Source: an uncultured Candidatus Saccharibacteria bacterium
Lineage (GTDB): Bacteria; Patescibacteriota; Minisyncoccia; Phycocordibacterales; UBA9973
NCBI GenBank assembly: GCA_964553015.1
Contig: CAZKJE010000003.1
Coordinates: forward strand, 1 to 51,741
Reading direction: 5' to 3'
Length of the DNA: 51,741 nt
Position 1 is the first letter of the stretch, and each line of letters opens with the position of its first letter. Below the pieces are notes generated by a model that was not told where the DNA came from, did not search any database, and worked only from the letters and a program-made list of their open reading frames with translations. Below, in pieces: positions 35,065 through 43,522 of the stretch. The position numbers and the translations under genes were made by a program.

Positions 35065-35748
35065 ATGGAAGCAAAAATCGAAAATAAAATACAGACAAAA
35101 ATATATAATCAAAAAGGCGCTGAAGCGGGAAGCATAAATCTTCCGGAGAAAGTTTTTGCTGCGAAGTGGCGTTCCGACCTGGTACACCAAGTAGTAGAAG
35201 GCATGCGCTCAAACAAGCGCGCAGGAACCGCAGACACCAAAGGCCGCGGAGAAGTTCGCGGAGGAGGCAAGAAGCCATGGAAGCAAAAGGGTACAGGCCG
35301 CGCTCGCCACGGATCATCTCGCTCCCCAATATGGGTAGGCGGAGGCGTTACCCACGGACCGCTTGCTGAAAAGAACTATAAAAGAAAAATCACAAAGAAA
35401 ATGCGAGCTCAAGCGCTTTTCTCTGTGCTTTCTAAAAAACTAAAGGATAATGAAATTATTTTTGTGGATTCTCTTGAGATGACTGATATCAAAACAAAGA
35501 AAGCTGAAGGAGTAATAAACAATTTGATAAAAGCCGGAAGCTTTAAGGTTGCAAAAAGCGCAAAGAAGGCAAGGATACTGACTGCCTTATTTGAAAGAGG
35601 TGAGAAAACCGAAAAAAGCTTCAGAAATCTATCCCAGCTTGAGATAGTTTTTGTTAAAAATTTAAATCCGCTCGATGTGCTTAACCACAAATATCTTTTG
35701 ATAGAAAAACCGGCTGAAGCAGTTAAATTTTTAGAATCTAGAGTCTAG
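35065..35748 (+). CDS. rplD: 50S ribosomal protein L4
   Basis: GGGKKPWKQKGTGRARHGSSRSPIWVGGG motif. Confidence 0.95.
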   Translation: MEAKIENKIQTKIYNQKGAEAGSINLPEKVFAAKWRSDLVHQVVEGMRSNKRAGTADTKGRGEVRGGGKKPWKQKGTGRARHGSSRSPIWVGGGVTHGPLAEKNYKRKITKKMRAQALFSVLSKKLKDNEIIFVDSLEMTDIKTKKAEGVINNLIKAGSFKVAKSAKKARILTALFERGEKTEKSFRNLSQLEIVFVKNLNPLDVLNHKYLLIEKPAEAVKFLESRV

Positions 35749-35768
35749 TTGAATATAAAAAATATTTT

Positions 35769-36044
35769 ATGAACACCCAGATAATCAAAAATCCAAGAGT
35801 AACAGAAAAAGCATCATTTGCAGTCGAGCAAAATATTTACACTTTTGATATTTCAGCGCGAGCAAATAAAACCGAAATCAAGAAAGCAATCTTCACGCTA
35901 TATAAAGTAAGACCTCTGCGCGTAAACGTTCTTGCTGTTCCGAAAAAGACAGTTATGCGGGGCAGGAACAAAGAAGGTGTACGAGGCGGCGGGCGCAAGG
36001 CGCTTGTGTATTTAAAAAAGGGCGACAAAATAGAATTCATTTAA
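35769..36044 (+). CDS. rplW: 50S ribosomal protein L23
   Basis: Position in the cluster plus the IKNPRVTEKA..FDIS..ANKTEIKKAI pattern. Confidence 0.9.
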   Translation: MNTQIIKNPRVTEKASFAVEQNIYTFDISARANKTEIKKAIFTLYKVRPLRVNVLAVPKKTVMRGRNKEGVRGGGRKALVYLKKGDKIEFI

Positions 36045-36063
36045 TACAAAGAAGAAATAAGAA

Positions 36064-36903
36064 ATGAAAACATACAAACCGACAAGTAAATCCAGAAGAC
36101 AGATGACCAATGTGAACTACAGAGGAGTTTTGACGACGTCCACTCCGACCAAGTCTCTCACATATGGTTTTCGCCGCGCAGTCGGCAGGAACAGCGCCGG
36201 ACGCATCACTATGCGCCACAAGGGATCCGGCCACAAGCGCTTGTATCGAGACGTTGATTTTCTATATAACAAAAAAGATATTCCTGCGAAAATAAAAACT
36301 ATTGAGTACGACCCAAACAGAAGCGCCTTCATCGGGTTAGCTGTTTACAAAGACGGTGAGAAGCGATACGTGGTTATTCCAAAAACTGTAAAGACCGGAG
36401 ATTCTTTTATAGTTTCTGCGAAGGCTCCACTGTCTGCAGGGAACAGACTGCCTCTTAAAAATATTCCAGTCGGAACATTTGTGTATAACATAGAAATAAA
36501 GCCTATGGGCGGAGCAAAGATAGGCAGGAGCGCTGGCATATTTGCACAAGTTGTTGCCAACGCTGATGGATATACGAATTTGAAAATGCCTTCTACGGAA
36601 ATCAGAAAGATAAATGAAGAATGCTGGGCGTCTGTCGGCACCGTATCAAACGAAGAACACCATTTAGAAAATTATGGCAAGGCTGGACGCAGTCGCTGGA
36701 AAGGAATCCGCCCGACAGTTCGCGGTACAGCCATGAACCCTGTAGACCATCCATACGGAGGAGGTGAGGGCAGGCAGGGACGTGGAACCAAGAGGCCCAA
36801 AACAATGTGGGGCAAGGTTACCGGCGGAAGAAAAACTCGCGGTCCTAAGAAATACTCAAACGTCTTCATCGTTTCTCGACGCAAGACTGGAAAGAATAAA
36901 TAA
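36064..36903 (+). CDS. rplB: 50S ribosomal protein L2
   Basis: GRNSAGRITMRHKGSGHKRLYR and GTAMNPVDHPYGGGEGR motifs. Confidence 0.95.
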   Translation: MKTYKPTSKSRRQMTNVNYRGVLTTSTPTKSLTYGFRRAVGRNSAGRITMRHKGSGHKRLYRDVDFLYNKKDIPAKIKTIEYDPNRSAFIGLAVYKDGEKRYVVIPKTVKTGDSFIVSAKAPLSAGNRLPLKNIPVGTFVYNIEIKPMGGAKIGRSAGIFAQVVANADGYTNLKMPSTEIRKINEECWASVGTVSNEEHHLENYGKAGRSRWKGIRPTVRGTAMNPVDHPYGGGEGRQGRGTKRPKTMWGKVTGGRKTRGPKKYSNVFIVSRRKTGKNK

Positions 36904-36907
36904 GAAA

Positions 36908-36980
36908 CCCCTCCGACCTCCCCTCATCAGGGGGAGGTTTTTGATTTCCCCTGACAAGGGAGACTAAGGGGGTTGTATTT
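36908..36980 (+). repeat. REP-like double-hairpin intergenic element, copy B
   Basis: CCTCCCCT-catc-AGGGGGAGG and CCCCTGACAAGGG hairpins, then CTAAGGGGGTTGTATTT. It aligns with 18089-18166 over nearly its whole length. Confidence 0.75.
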
Positions 36981-37032
36981 ACTTTTCCACATCTTGACAT
37001 TGCATTTTAAAATATGTGTGGTACTATTAAAC

Positions 37033-37474
37033 CGGATGCCAAGAAAGGGGGTGAGTCAATGTCCAAGGGGCACAGAGAAGAACAGACACGACGCGACAAG
37101 AACGGGAAAACACGACCGAAGAACAAGTAACTAACGACACAACACGAAGAGAGTGAAGGGACGAAAGAACCATGAAAAATATCCAGGTTCCCCCAAACCA
37201 GAAAGTTGTTGTTAGAGTCGTACAACCCGTCATCGTCGCGCGCTCTGCCGAACACGGCTGGCAGAGAAAGACCGTTCTCGGTCGAATCTCTTCTCGATAG
37301 TCGTACATCGTCTCGGGACGGATAAGGGGACACAGTCCTCTAATCCTTCCTAACCCTTCCGCGCAGGAACGACTATTCGAGAACCATCCGTTCTCTAGTT
37401 TTTCCTCAAAGTCCTCCGTAGGTAGTATTGAGAAAGTTGGCGCTTGGTCTGGAAACTGAGCGCCTTTCTTTTTG
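37033..37474 (+). ncRNA. Candidate novel GC-rich transcript (structured RNA and/or small-ORF mRNA) between rplB and rpsS
   Basis: An extended -10 TGGTACTAT (37019-37027) lies upstream and an intrinsic terminator sits at the 3' end. GC is about 57% on a sample line. It has several local hairpins and no match by eye to RNase P, tmRNA, SRP or 6S core motifs. Confidence 0.35.
37439..37474 (+). terminator. Intrinsic terminator of the inserted transcript
   Basis: GGCGCT-N14-AGCGCC followed by TTTCTTTTTG. Confidence 0.65.
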
Positions 37475-37480
37475 CCTAAT

Positions 37481-37508
37481 TTGACATTTTTAGCCAATTT
37501 GCTATTAT
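37481..37508 (+). promoter_or_regulatory. Promoter of the rpsS-rplE unit
   Basis: TTGACA-16 nt-TATTAT with an extended -10 TGC. At +1 lies the hairpin AGCTC-gttag-GAGCT (37516-37530), then ATTTTTT and the ATG. Confidence 0.6.
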
Positions 37509-37537
37509 GAAATCAAGCTCGTTAGGAGCTATTTTTT

Positions 37538-37888
37538 ATGACAAGATCAATCAAAAAAGGACTAAATATAGACGAAAGGCTCTTAAAAAAGATAGAGGGC
37601 CTTAACCCGCTCCAAACCCCGATGGTGAAGACATGGAAGCGCGCTTGTATGATATCTCCGGAGATGCTTGGTTTTACTTTTGGCGTTTACAATGGAAAAA
37701 CGCACGTGGAAGTATTGGTTACCGAAGACATGGTAGGACACAGGCTCGGAGAATTTTCACCGACAAAGAAATTTATGAAACACGGAGGAAAAATGCAGAA
37801 AGAGCTTGAGATGAAAAAGAAAGAAGCAGAAATAGCCGCTGCGAAGGGAGCGACCGCTGCAGCAGACGATGCAAAGAAGGCCAAATAG
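37538..37888 (+). CDS. rpsS: 30S ribosomal protein S19 with a Lys/Ala/Glu-rich C-terminal extension
   Basis: SIKKG..., YNGKTHVEVLVTEDMVGHRLGEFSPT core plus a tail of about 25 aa. Confidence 0.95.
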   Translation: MTRSIKKGLNIDERLLKKIEGLNPLQTPMVKTWKRACMISPEMLGFTFGVYNGKTHVEVLVTEDMVGHRLGEFSPTKKFMKHGGKMQKELEMKKKEAEIAAAKGATAAADDAKKAK

Positions 37889-37911
37889 CACACAGCACAT
37901 AACATAAAACA
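37886..37911 (+). repeat. Spacer with 7-nt periodicity: TAGCACA CAGCACA TAACATA AAACA
   Basis: Direct reading of the rpsS-rplV spacer. Confidence 0.5.
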
Positions 37912-38298
37912 ATGAAAGCATTTTTAAAAAATTACAGACAATCACCCCGAAAAGTTCGCCTTGTAGCCGGACTGGTAAAAGGCAAGAACGTAGCCGATGC
38001 GGTAGCTGAATTAGATTTCTTGGCCAAGCGCGCAGGAGATCCCGTCAAGAAGCTTTTGCTTTCTGCGGTCGCAAACGCAAAACAACAAGGAATGGAAGCA
38101 GAAAATTTATTTATAAAAGAGCTAAGGGTAGATAAAGGTATAGTCATGAAGCGAATGATGCCGGCGGCCATGGGAACAGGACACAGGATAAACAAGCGCA
38201 CGAGCCACTTAAGCATTCTTTTGGCAGAAAAGGTTGCAAAATTAGCCAAGATCAAAAAATCACCCCGCGCCCTTAAAGCTAAGCAGGGCAAGAAATAA
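37912..38298 (+). CDS. rplV: 50S ribosomal protein L22
   Basis: Position in the cluster plus the RQSPRKVRLVAGLVKGKNV..A pattern. Confidence 0.93.
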   Translation: MKAFLKNYRQSPRKVRLVAGLVKGKNVADAVAELDFLAKRAGDPVKKLLLSAVANAKQQGMEAENLFIKELRVDKGIVMKRMMPAAMGTGHRINKRTSHLSILLAEKVAKLAKIKKSPRALKAKQGKK

Positions 38299-38312
38299 TT
38301 TAAATAAATAAC

Positions 38313-39035
38313 ATGTCAAAAATAGTTCACCCATATGCGCATAGGTTAGTAATACTAAGAGACTGGAAATCTCGCTGGTTTGCTGATCCCAAAAAATATG
38401 TAGCCTATTTAAAGGGTGATGTTTTGATACGTCATTGGCTGGAAAAGAAATTGCGCGGCATGTATGTTTCCAGCATTGAAATAGAACGCAGCCGAAAAGC
38501 CACCCGATTTATCATCAAGACTTCTCGTCCGGGATTAATTATCGGCAGGAGTGGCGAAGGCGCGACAAAACTAAAAGAAGAAATTTTAAAAAAGATGGAT
38601 CACCTCAAGCTTCCACGGCCGGAAGATTTCAAGCTTGAAATAATGGAAATTTCAAATCCGGAAGCCGATGCCGCTATCGTCGCCTATATGATCGCGGAAG
38701 GACTGGAAAAGAGAATGCCATATCGCCGAGTCATCAAGCAGATAATTGAAAAAGTAATGCAGGCGCACGGCGTGGAAGGAGCTAGAATAGTGCTGGGAGG
38801 CCGTTTAGGAGGAGCAGAAATTGCCCGTACGGAAGAGCTTAAGAGGGGCTCCGTCCCTCTCCAGAGCTTCCGCGCAGACATAGATTTTAAGCGTGAGCGT
38901 GCGACTCTTTCATATGGAGTGATCGGCATCAAGGTATGGATATACCGAGGCAAAATTTTTGCCGACAAGAAGCCTGCCCGCACATACAACACTGCGCCAA
39001 AGGGAGAAAAGGAAAGCCAATTAAAAACAGATTAG
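38313..39035 (+). CDS. rpsC: 30S ribosomal protein S3
   Basis: KVHPYAHRL...W.S.WFA start, KH domain, and the GRLGGAEIARTE motif. Confidence 0.95.
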   Translation: MSKIVHPYAHRLVILRDWKSRWFADPKKYVAYLKGDVLIRHWLEKKLRGMYVSSIEIERSRKATRFIIKTSRPGLIIGRSGEGATKLKEEILKKMDHLKLPRPEDFKLEIMEISNPEADAAIVAYMIAEGLEKRMPYRRVIKQIIEKVMQAHGVEGARIVLGGRLGGAEIARTEELKRGSVPLQSFRADIDFKRERATLSYGVIGIKVWIYRGKIFADKKPARTYNTAPKGEKESQLKTD

Positions 39036-39068
39036 CAAAAACCAAGTAAACATCAGTAAGAAATTTTT

Positions 39069-39500
39069 ATGTTAATACCGAAAAAAGTAAAATTTAGAAA
39101 ATGGCAGACCGGACGCAGTCTTAAAAAGACTACCAAGGCACGGGATACCCGCGGCATAAAACTTGCCTTCGGTTCTTTCGGCCTCAAATCCGAATCGCAA
39201 GCCCGCATAAAATCCACCCAAATAGAATCAGCCCGCAAAGTTATTTCTCGAACACTTACCAAGACCGGCAAATACTGGGTTCGAATTTTTCCCGACAGGC
39301 CGTATACGGCGAAAGCCGCAGAAGTGGGCATGGGAAAAGGAAAGGGAGATCCGCAGGGATATTGCTTTGACGTATTGCCGGGCAGAATTATTTTCGAAGT
39401 TGACGGCGCTGAAGAAAAAGTCTCGCATGAGGCGCTTCGAAAAGCTGGCAGCAAGTTGCCGATAAAGACGAGAATTGTAAGCCGGGCGCATAACCAATAA
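39069..39500 (+). CDS. rplP: 50S ribosomal protein L16
   Basis: MLIPKKVKFRKWQTGR start. Confidence 0.95.
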   Translation: MLIPKKVKFRKWQTGRSLKKTTKARDTRGIKLAFGSFGLKSESQARIKSTQIESARKVISRTLTKTGKYWVRIFPDRPYTAKAAEVGMGKGKGDPQGYCFDVLPGRIIFEVDGAEEKVSHEALRKAGSKLPIKTRIVSRAHNQ

Positions 39501-39506
39501 AATAAT

Positions 39507-39710
39507 ATGGCAAAGTCAAAGAAAAATTCAACAAAAGATATGAAAGGTATGAGCAAGGGAGAATTGGATAAGAAGCTCGCTATTTTAAGAGAAGAAGTTC
39601 GAGTTATTCATTTTAAATCTGAAGGCTCACGTTCAAAGAACGTGAAAGAGCTTGCGGGATTAAAGAAGCAGATAGCCCGAGTTTTAACCCAAATCAAACA
39701 AGCAAAATAA
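39507..39710 (+). CDS. rpmC: 50S ribosomal protein L29
   Basis: Size, position and a helical [11 protein letters not shown] pattern. Confidence 0.9.
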   Translation: MAKSKKNSTKDMKGMSKGELDKKLAILREEVRVIHFKSEGSRSKNVKELAGLKKQIARVLTQIKQAK

Positions 39711-39714
39711 ATTT

Positions 39715-39975
39715 ATGGCAACAAAAGCAAAACAAGAGAATATGGAAAAGGAGGGTAACGTCTTAAAAGGCGTGGTCACTTCTGACAAGATGGATAAGAC
39801 TGTCGTCGTGTCTGTTTCTCGATTCATCAAGCACCCTCTTTACGGAAAATTCTACAAAGTCAGCAAAAAATACAAGGCACACGACGAGGGGAATAAATTT
39901 AAAGTCGGAGACAAGGTGGAAATAATAGAAACCAAGCCAATTTCTAAAGACAAGAGATTTAAAGTAGTTAGTTAA
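39715..39975 (+). CDS. rpsQ: 30S ribosomal protein S17
   Basis: [16 protein letters not shown]...HPLYGK...[15 protein letters not shown] pattern. Confidence 0.95.
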   Translation: MATKAKQENMEKEGNVLKGVVTSDKMDKTVVVSVSRFIKHPLYGKFYKVSKKYKAHDEGNKFKVGDKVEIIETKPISKDKRFKVVS

Positions 39976-40005
39976 TAATTAATTTCCCGCCAGAGGCGGA
40001 TAAGT

Positions 40006-40377
40006 ATGATTCAAAACGAAACATTAGTAAAAATAACAGATAACGCCGGAGGCACCGTAGGCAAGGTGTTCAAAATTATAGGCTCTTCAAAAAAGAGATA
40101 TGCAACTTTGGGCGAGATCGTTATCATATCTGTCAAAGTAGCCAGCCCCCGAAAAGCGGTAAAGAAAAAGGATGTGCATCAGGCTGTCGTCGTGCGTACA
40201 CGCGGAGCTTACAGGCGTAAAGATGGTTCTTATATCCGTTTTGATGATAATGCTGTGGTGATTTTAGAAAAAGGCAAGAAAGATCCAAAAGCGGGCCGAG
40301 TATTCGGGCCGATCCCGAGAGAACTCGCAGAAAAAGGTTTCCAGAAGATAATTTCTTTAGCGCAGGAAGTAATTTAA
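40006..40377 (+). CDS. rplN: 50S ribosomal protein L14
   Basis: MIQNETLVKITDNAGG start. Confidence 0.95.
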   Translation: MIQNETLVKITDNAGGTVGKVFKIIGSSKKRYATLGEIVIISVKVASPRKAVKKKDVHQAVVVRTRGAYRRKDGSYIRFDDNAVVILEKGKKDPKAGRVFGPIPRELAEKGFQKIISLAQEVI

Positions 40378-40385
40378 ATAAATAT

Positions 40386-40601
40386 ATGAAAATAAAGAAA
40401 GGAGACAATGTAATAATCATAGCCGGCAAAGATAAGGGCAAGAAGGGAAAAGTTGTTCGAGCTTTACCCAAGGCTAATAAAGTGGTTATAGATGGTATTA
40501 ATATACAGAAACGCCACCAGCGTCCGCGAAAGTCCGGAGAAAAAGGATCTATCGTTGATACGGCGATGCCCTTAAACGTTTCTAATGTAAAAAAAGCGTA
40601 G
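40386..40601 (+). CDS. rplX: 50S ribosomal protein L24 (short, 71 aa)
   Basis: KOW motif MKIKKGDNVIIIAGKDKGKKGKV. Confidence 0.9.
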   Translation: MKIKKGDNVIIIAGKDKGKKGKVVRALPKANKVVIDGINIQKRHQRPRKSGEKGSIVDTAMPLNVSNVKKA

Positions 40602-40617
40602 TAAGAAAATAAAATTT

Positions 40618-41184
40618 ATGAAACATTTAACTGTAAAAGAAAAGGAAGCGCAGGTATTTGTAAAAATGAAAGATACTTTTCATTACAAAAACGTCATGGC
40701 TGCGCCAAAAATAAAGAAAGTCGTCATCAATACCGGCACTGGCACAGCGATGAAAAAGGACAAGAATAAAAATGAAGCTATTGCGCTGCGTATTTCTAAG
40801 ATTACCGGACAGAAGGCAGCACTTCGCGGAGCAAAGCAGTCTATTTCTTCCTTCAAGATTCGTCAGGGGGATCCCGTTGGCATCGTAGTTACTTTGCGCG
40901 GAGGCAGAATGTACGCTTTCTTGGAAAAACTAATCAACATCGCTCTGCCTAGAACCAAAGACTTTCGCGGAATAAACCGGACAGCAGTAGACAACATCGG
41001 AAATCTCACCATCGGCATAAAAGAACACACAATTTTTCCGGAAACAGCAGATGAAGATATCCGCGACGTGTTCGGCATGGCTATCACAATAGTATCTTCA
41101 GCAAAAACCAAAAAAGAGGGCACCACATTTTTCGAAGCTCTCGGCGTGCCTTTTAAGAAAGAGGAAGAAAGTAAGAAAAAATAA
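40618..41184 (+). CDS. rplE: 50S ribosomal protein L5
   Basis: Position in the cluster plus the NVMAAPKIKKVVINTG and DFRG patterns. Confidence 0.93.
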   Translation: MKHLTVKEKEAQVFVKMKDTFHYKNVMAAPKIKKVVINTGTGTAMKKDKNKNEAIALRISKITGQKAALRGAKQSISSFKIRQGDPVGIVVTLRGGRMYAFLEKLINIALPRTKDFRGINRTAVDNIGNLTIGIKEHTIFPETADEDIRDVFGMAITIVSSAKTKKEGTTFFEALGVPFKKEEESKKK

Positions 41185-41186
41185 AT

Positions 41187-41215
41187 TTGACTATTTGAGC
41201 TTATTTTGATAGTAT
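41187..41215 (+). promoter_or_regulatory. Promoter of the rpsN-secY unit
   Basis: TTGACT-17 nt-TAGTAT with an extended -10 TGA, 2 nt after the rplE stop. The TTTGACTATTTGAG block resembles the secE promoter region. Confidence 0.5.
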
Positions 41216-41275
41216 GAAACCAAGGGAATAGAGCTTTGATTAATCCGCTTTTCTCCTTTAGATTCAATCTTTTCG

Positions 41276-41306
41276 CCCCTGTTAAGGGGAGATTAAGAGG
41301 GGTTTT
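41276..41306 (+). repeat. REP-like element, partial copy C (second hairpin only)
   Basis: CCCCTGTTAAGGGG followed by AGATTAAGAGGGGTTTTA. Compare CCCCTTGATAAGGGGGATTTAGGGGGTTGTA in copy A. Confidence 0.55.
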
Positions 41307-41363
41307 AAAGAAAAAAAGTGAGATATTAACAAAACACTCCCGTTATTATTTAATATTTTTTAG

Positions 41364-41549
41364 ATGGCAAAAACATCAGTTGTAGCGCGAAGCAAAAAGA
41401 CACCGAAATTTTCCACTCGAAAGAAAAATCGATGTTTTCGATGTGGCAGGGGAAATGCCTTCATGCGCGACTTTGGCATTTGCCGTATTTGTTTCAGAGA
41501 ATTAGCAAACGAAGGAATGCTGCCGGGAGTTCGCAAATCAAGCTGGTAA
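41364..41549 (+). CDS. rpsN: 30S ribosomal protein S14, zinc-binding short type
   Basis: 61 aa with CFRCGR...CRICF Cys pairs. Confidence 0.93.
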   Translation: MAKTSVVARSKKTPKFSTRKKNRCFRCGRGNAFMRDFGICRICFRELANEGMLPGVRKSSW

Positions 41550-41580
41550 TCGTAATTCGTAATTGAAAATTTTTAATTAA
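41547..41580 (+). repeat. Spacer with roughly 7-nt periodicity: GTAATC GTAATTC GTAATTG AAAATTT TTAATTA
   Basis: TAA recurs at 41547, 41553, 41560 and 41574. It shares TTCGTAATTG with the tuf-rpsJ spacer. Confidence 0.55.
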
Positions 41581-41585
41581 ATCAA

Positions 41586-41972
41586 ATGGATTCAATTTCA
41601 AACATGATAATAATAATGAAGAATGGCTCGCTTGCAGGCAAGGAGTCTGTGTCTATTCCATATTCAAAAATGAAAAACGCGATAGGCGTTTGTTTACAGA
41701 AGGCCGGTTATGTTTCGGAAGTTTCCAAAAAAGTAAAAAAAGGCCAGCCGATTTTGGAGGTGAGCCTCGTATACATAGACCAAAAGCCAAAGATCACTGA
41801 AGTAGAAAGAATTTCCAAGCAGTCCCGCCGAGTATATTTTGGCATGAAAGATATTCATTCTGTAAGAAACGGTTCAGGCTTGCTGGTGCTTTCAACACCC
41901 AAAGGAATTTTATCAGGCAAGGATGCACGTAAAGAACAAGTCGGAGGCGAAGCGTTATTTAGAATTTGGTAA
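41586..41972 (+). CDS. rpsH: 30S ribosomal protein S8
   Basis: Position in the cluster plus DSISNMIIIMKNG and a C-terminal GGEALFRIW. Confidence 0.93.
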   Translation: MDSISNMIIIMKNGSLAGKESVSIPYSKMKNAIGVCLQKAGYVSEVSKKVKKGQPILEVSLVYIDQKPKITEVERISKQSRRVYFGMKDIHSVRNGSGLLVLSTPKGILSGKDARKEQVGGEALFRIW

Positions 41973-41979
41973 TAATTTT

Positions 41980-42513
41980 ATGTCAAGAATTGGAAAACAA
42001 GAAATATTAATACCAGCCGGAGTCAAAGTCACGCAAAGTGATAATACTATTACCGTAACCGGTCCAAAAGGAACAGTAAGCAAAGTTTTCCGAGACGATA
42101 TCACCATAGCAATAACAGACAAAAACGTAACTTTAAATATAAAAAGAAACGATAAATTTTCCAAATCTCTCTGGGGCACATATGCTTCTCATATAAAAAA
42201 TATGATAGCAGGCGTCGTTACTCCATATCAGAAGAAATTAATTTTGGAAGGAGTCGGCTTTAAGTCAGAAGTCAAAGGAAAAGAATTGCATTTTGCGCTT
42301 GGCTTTTCTCATCCTGTAATAGTTCCGATTCCGGATACAATCACAGCCACAGCAGAAAAGAACAACATAACGATCACCGGCGTAGATAAAGAATTAGTAG
42401 GAAGCTTTACCGCGATGGTTCGCGCCTTGAAAAAGCCGGAGCCATACAAAGGAAAAGGAATGCGCTACGACACTGAAGTTATAAGACGCAAGCAAGGAAA
42501 GAAAACTGTATAA
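41980..42513 (+). CDS. rplF: 50S ribosomal protein L6
   Basis: [17 protein letters not shown] start. The upstream part of the ORF overlaps rpsH. Confidence 0.93.
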   Translation: MSRIGKQEILIPAGVKVTQSDNTITVTGPKGTVSKVFRDDITIAITDKNVTLNIKRNDKFSKSLWGTYASHIKNMIAGVVTPYQKKLILEGVGFKSEVKGKELHFALGFSHPVIVPIPDTITATAEKNNITITGVDKELVGSFTAMVRALKKPEPYKGKGMRYDTEVIRRKQGKKTV

Positions 42514-42517
42514 AAAT

Positions 42518-42895
42518 ATGAATAATAAAACTGACAAAAGAATAAGGCTAAAGAAAAAGATACGAGTGAAAATCTCCGGCACTATTGCCCGTCCTCGCCT
42601 TACTGTTTTTCGTTCCAATAAATTTATATATGCACAAGTGATAGACGATGCAACGGGAAAGACTATAGCGCAGGCAAGCGACCTGCCTCGACTAGGCAAG
42701 GCAGGTGTAAAAATAGCCAAAAAAGAAGATAAGAGGACTAAAACAGAACGCGCGAAAGAAGTCGGCAAGATGATCGCAGAGGCTGCTTCTAAAGCGAAAA
42801 TCAAAAAAGTAGTTTTTGACCGCAATGGATTTAAATATACCGGACGAATAAAATTAGTAGCGGACGCTGCAAGAAGCAATGGTCTTGAGTTTTAA
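42518..42895 (+). CDS. rplR: 50S ribosomal protein L18
   Basis: [20 protein letters not shown] motif. Confidence 0.93.
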   Translation: MNNKTDKRIRLKKKIRVKISGTIARPRLTVFRSNKFIYAQVIDDATGKTIAQASDLPRLGKAGVKIAKKEDKRTKTERAKEVGKMIAEAASKAKIKKVVFDRNGFKYTGRIKLVADAARSNGLEF

Positions 42896-42913
42896 GGATT
42901 AAATTTTAATTAT

Positions 42914-43522
42914 ATGGATAAACCAAAAGAAAACAATTCAAACACAAGAGACGTAAGAGACACGAGAGAAAAAAGAAGCTCTCCTCGACGAGGCTCTTCT
43001 TTCAACAGAGTAAAGCCGGAGTTTGATCAGAAAATACTGGATATCAGACGCGTGACTCGTGTCGTCGCCGGAGGACGCCGATTCTCTTTTTCTGTGGCGC
43101 TTGTCGCCGGAGATAAAAAAGGCGCAGTCGGTTTGGGTCTGGGAAAAGCAGGGGACACAGCGCTTGCGATAAACAAAGCGCTCCGAAATGCCAAGAAGAA
43201 TATGATAAAACTAAAACTTTCGAAAACCATGTCCATCTCTCACGAGCTTTCTGCAAAATTTTCCAGTTCGAAGGTTGTGCTTTTGCCGAACAAAGGCCGA
43301 GGGCTCGTCGCAGGATCTGTCATCCGAGACATCATCAAGCTTTCTGGCATGAAAGATATTACGGGGAAAATTCAGTCTAACAGCAAGAACAAACTGAACA
43401 ATGCCAAAGCAGTAATGGCGGCGCTTTCTCAGATTTCTTCCAGATACACGAAAGCTATTCCTGAAACTACTGTTGTGGCCAATAAAGAAGTCGTAGCGGG
43501 AGAAGAAGTTACTAAAAACTAG
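42914..43522 (+). CDS. rpsE: 30S ribosomal protein S5 (with N- and C-terminal extensions)
   Basis: RVTRVVAGGRRFSFSVALVAGDKKGAVGLGLGKA motif. Confidence 0.93.
   Translation: MDKPKENNSNTRDVRDTREKRSSPRRGSSFNRVKPEFDQKILDIRRVTRVVAGGRRFSFSVALVAGDKKGAVGLGLGKAGDTALAINKALRNAKKNMIKLKLSKTMSISHELSAKFSSSKVVLLPNKGRGLVAGSVIRDIIKLSGMKDITGKIQSNSKNKLNNAKAVMAALSQISSRYTKAIPETTVVANKEVVAGEEVTKN

Noticed and set aside
36994-36999. TTGACA as the -35 of the insert promoter
   Set aside because: Its spacing to TACTAT is 22 nt, outside the 16-18 nt range. The extended -10 TGG is more likely to be the functional determinant.
37027-37497. 156-aa minus-strand ORF (and the 108-aa ORF at 37007-37333) covering the rplB-rpsS insert
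   Set aside because: It has no SD or promoter in the right place, since the ATG sits inside the rpsS promoter spacer. The sequence is Cys/Ser/Thr/Val-rich and low-complexity, as expected from translating the complement of a T-poor tract. The promoter and terminator signals are on the plus strand.
36904-37537. The insert as RNase P RNA, tmRNA, SRP RNA or 6S RNA
   Set aside because: I could not find GAGGAAAGUCC or GGUAAGAGC-type RNase P cores, a tRNA-like GGGG..UCCACCA pair with an Ala-rich tag frame, or the SRP domain IV motif. Only AAAGTCC at about 37408 faintly resembles P4. This still needs a covariance-model scan.
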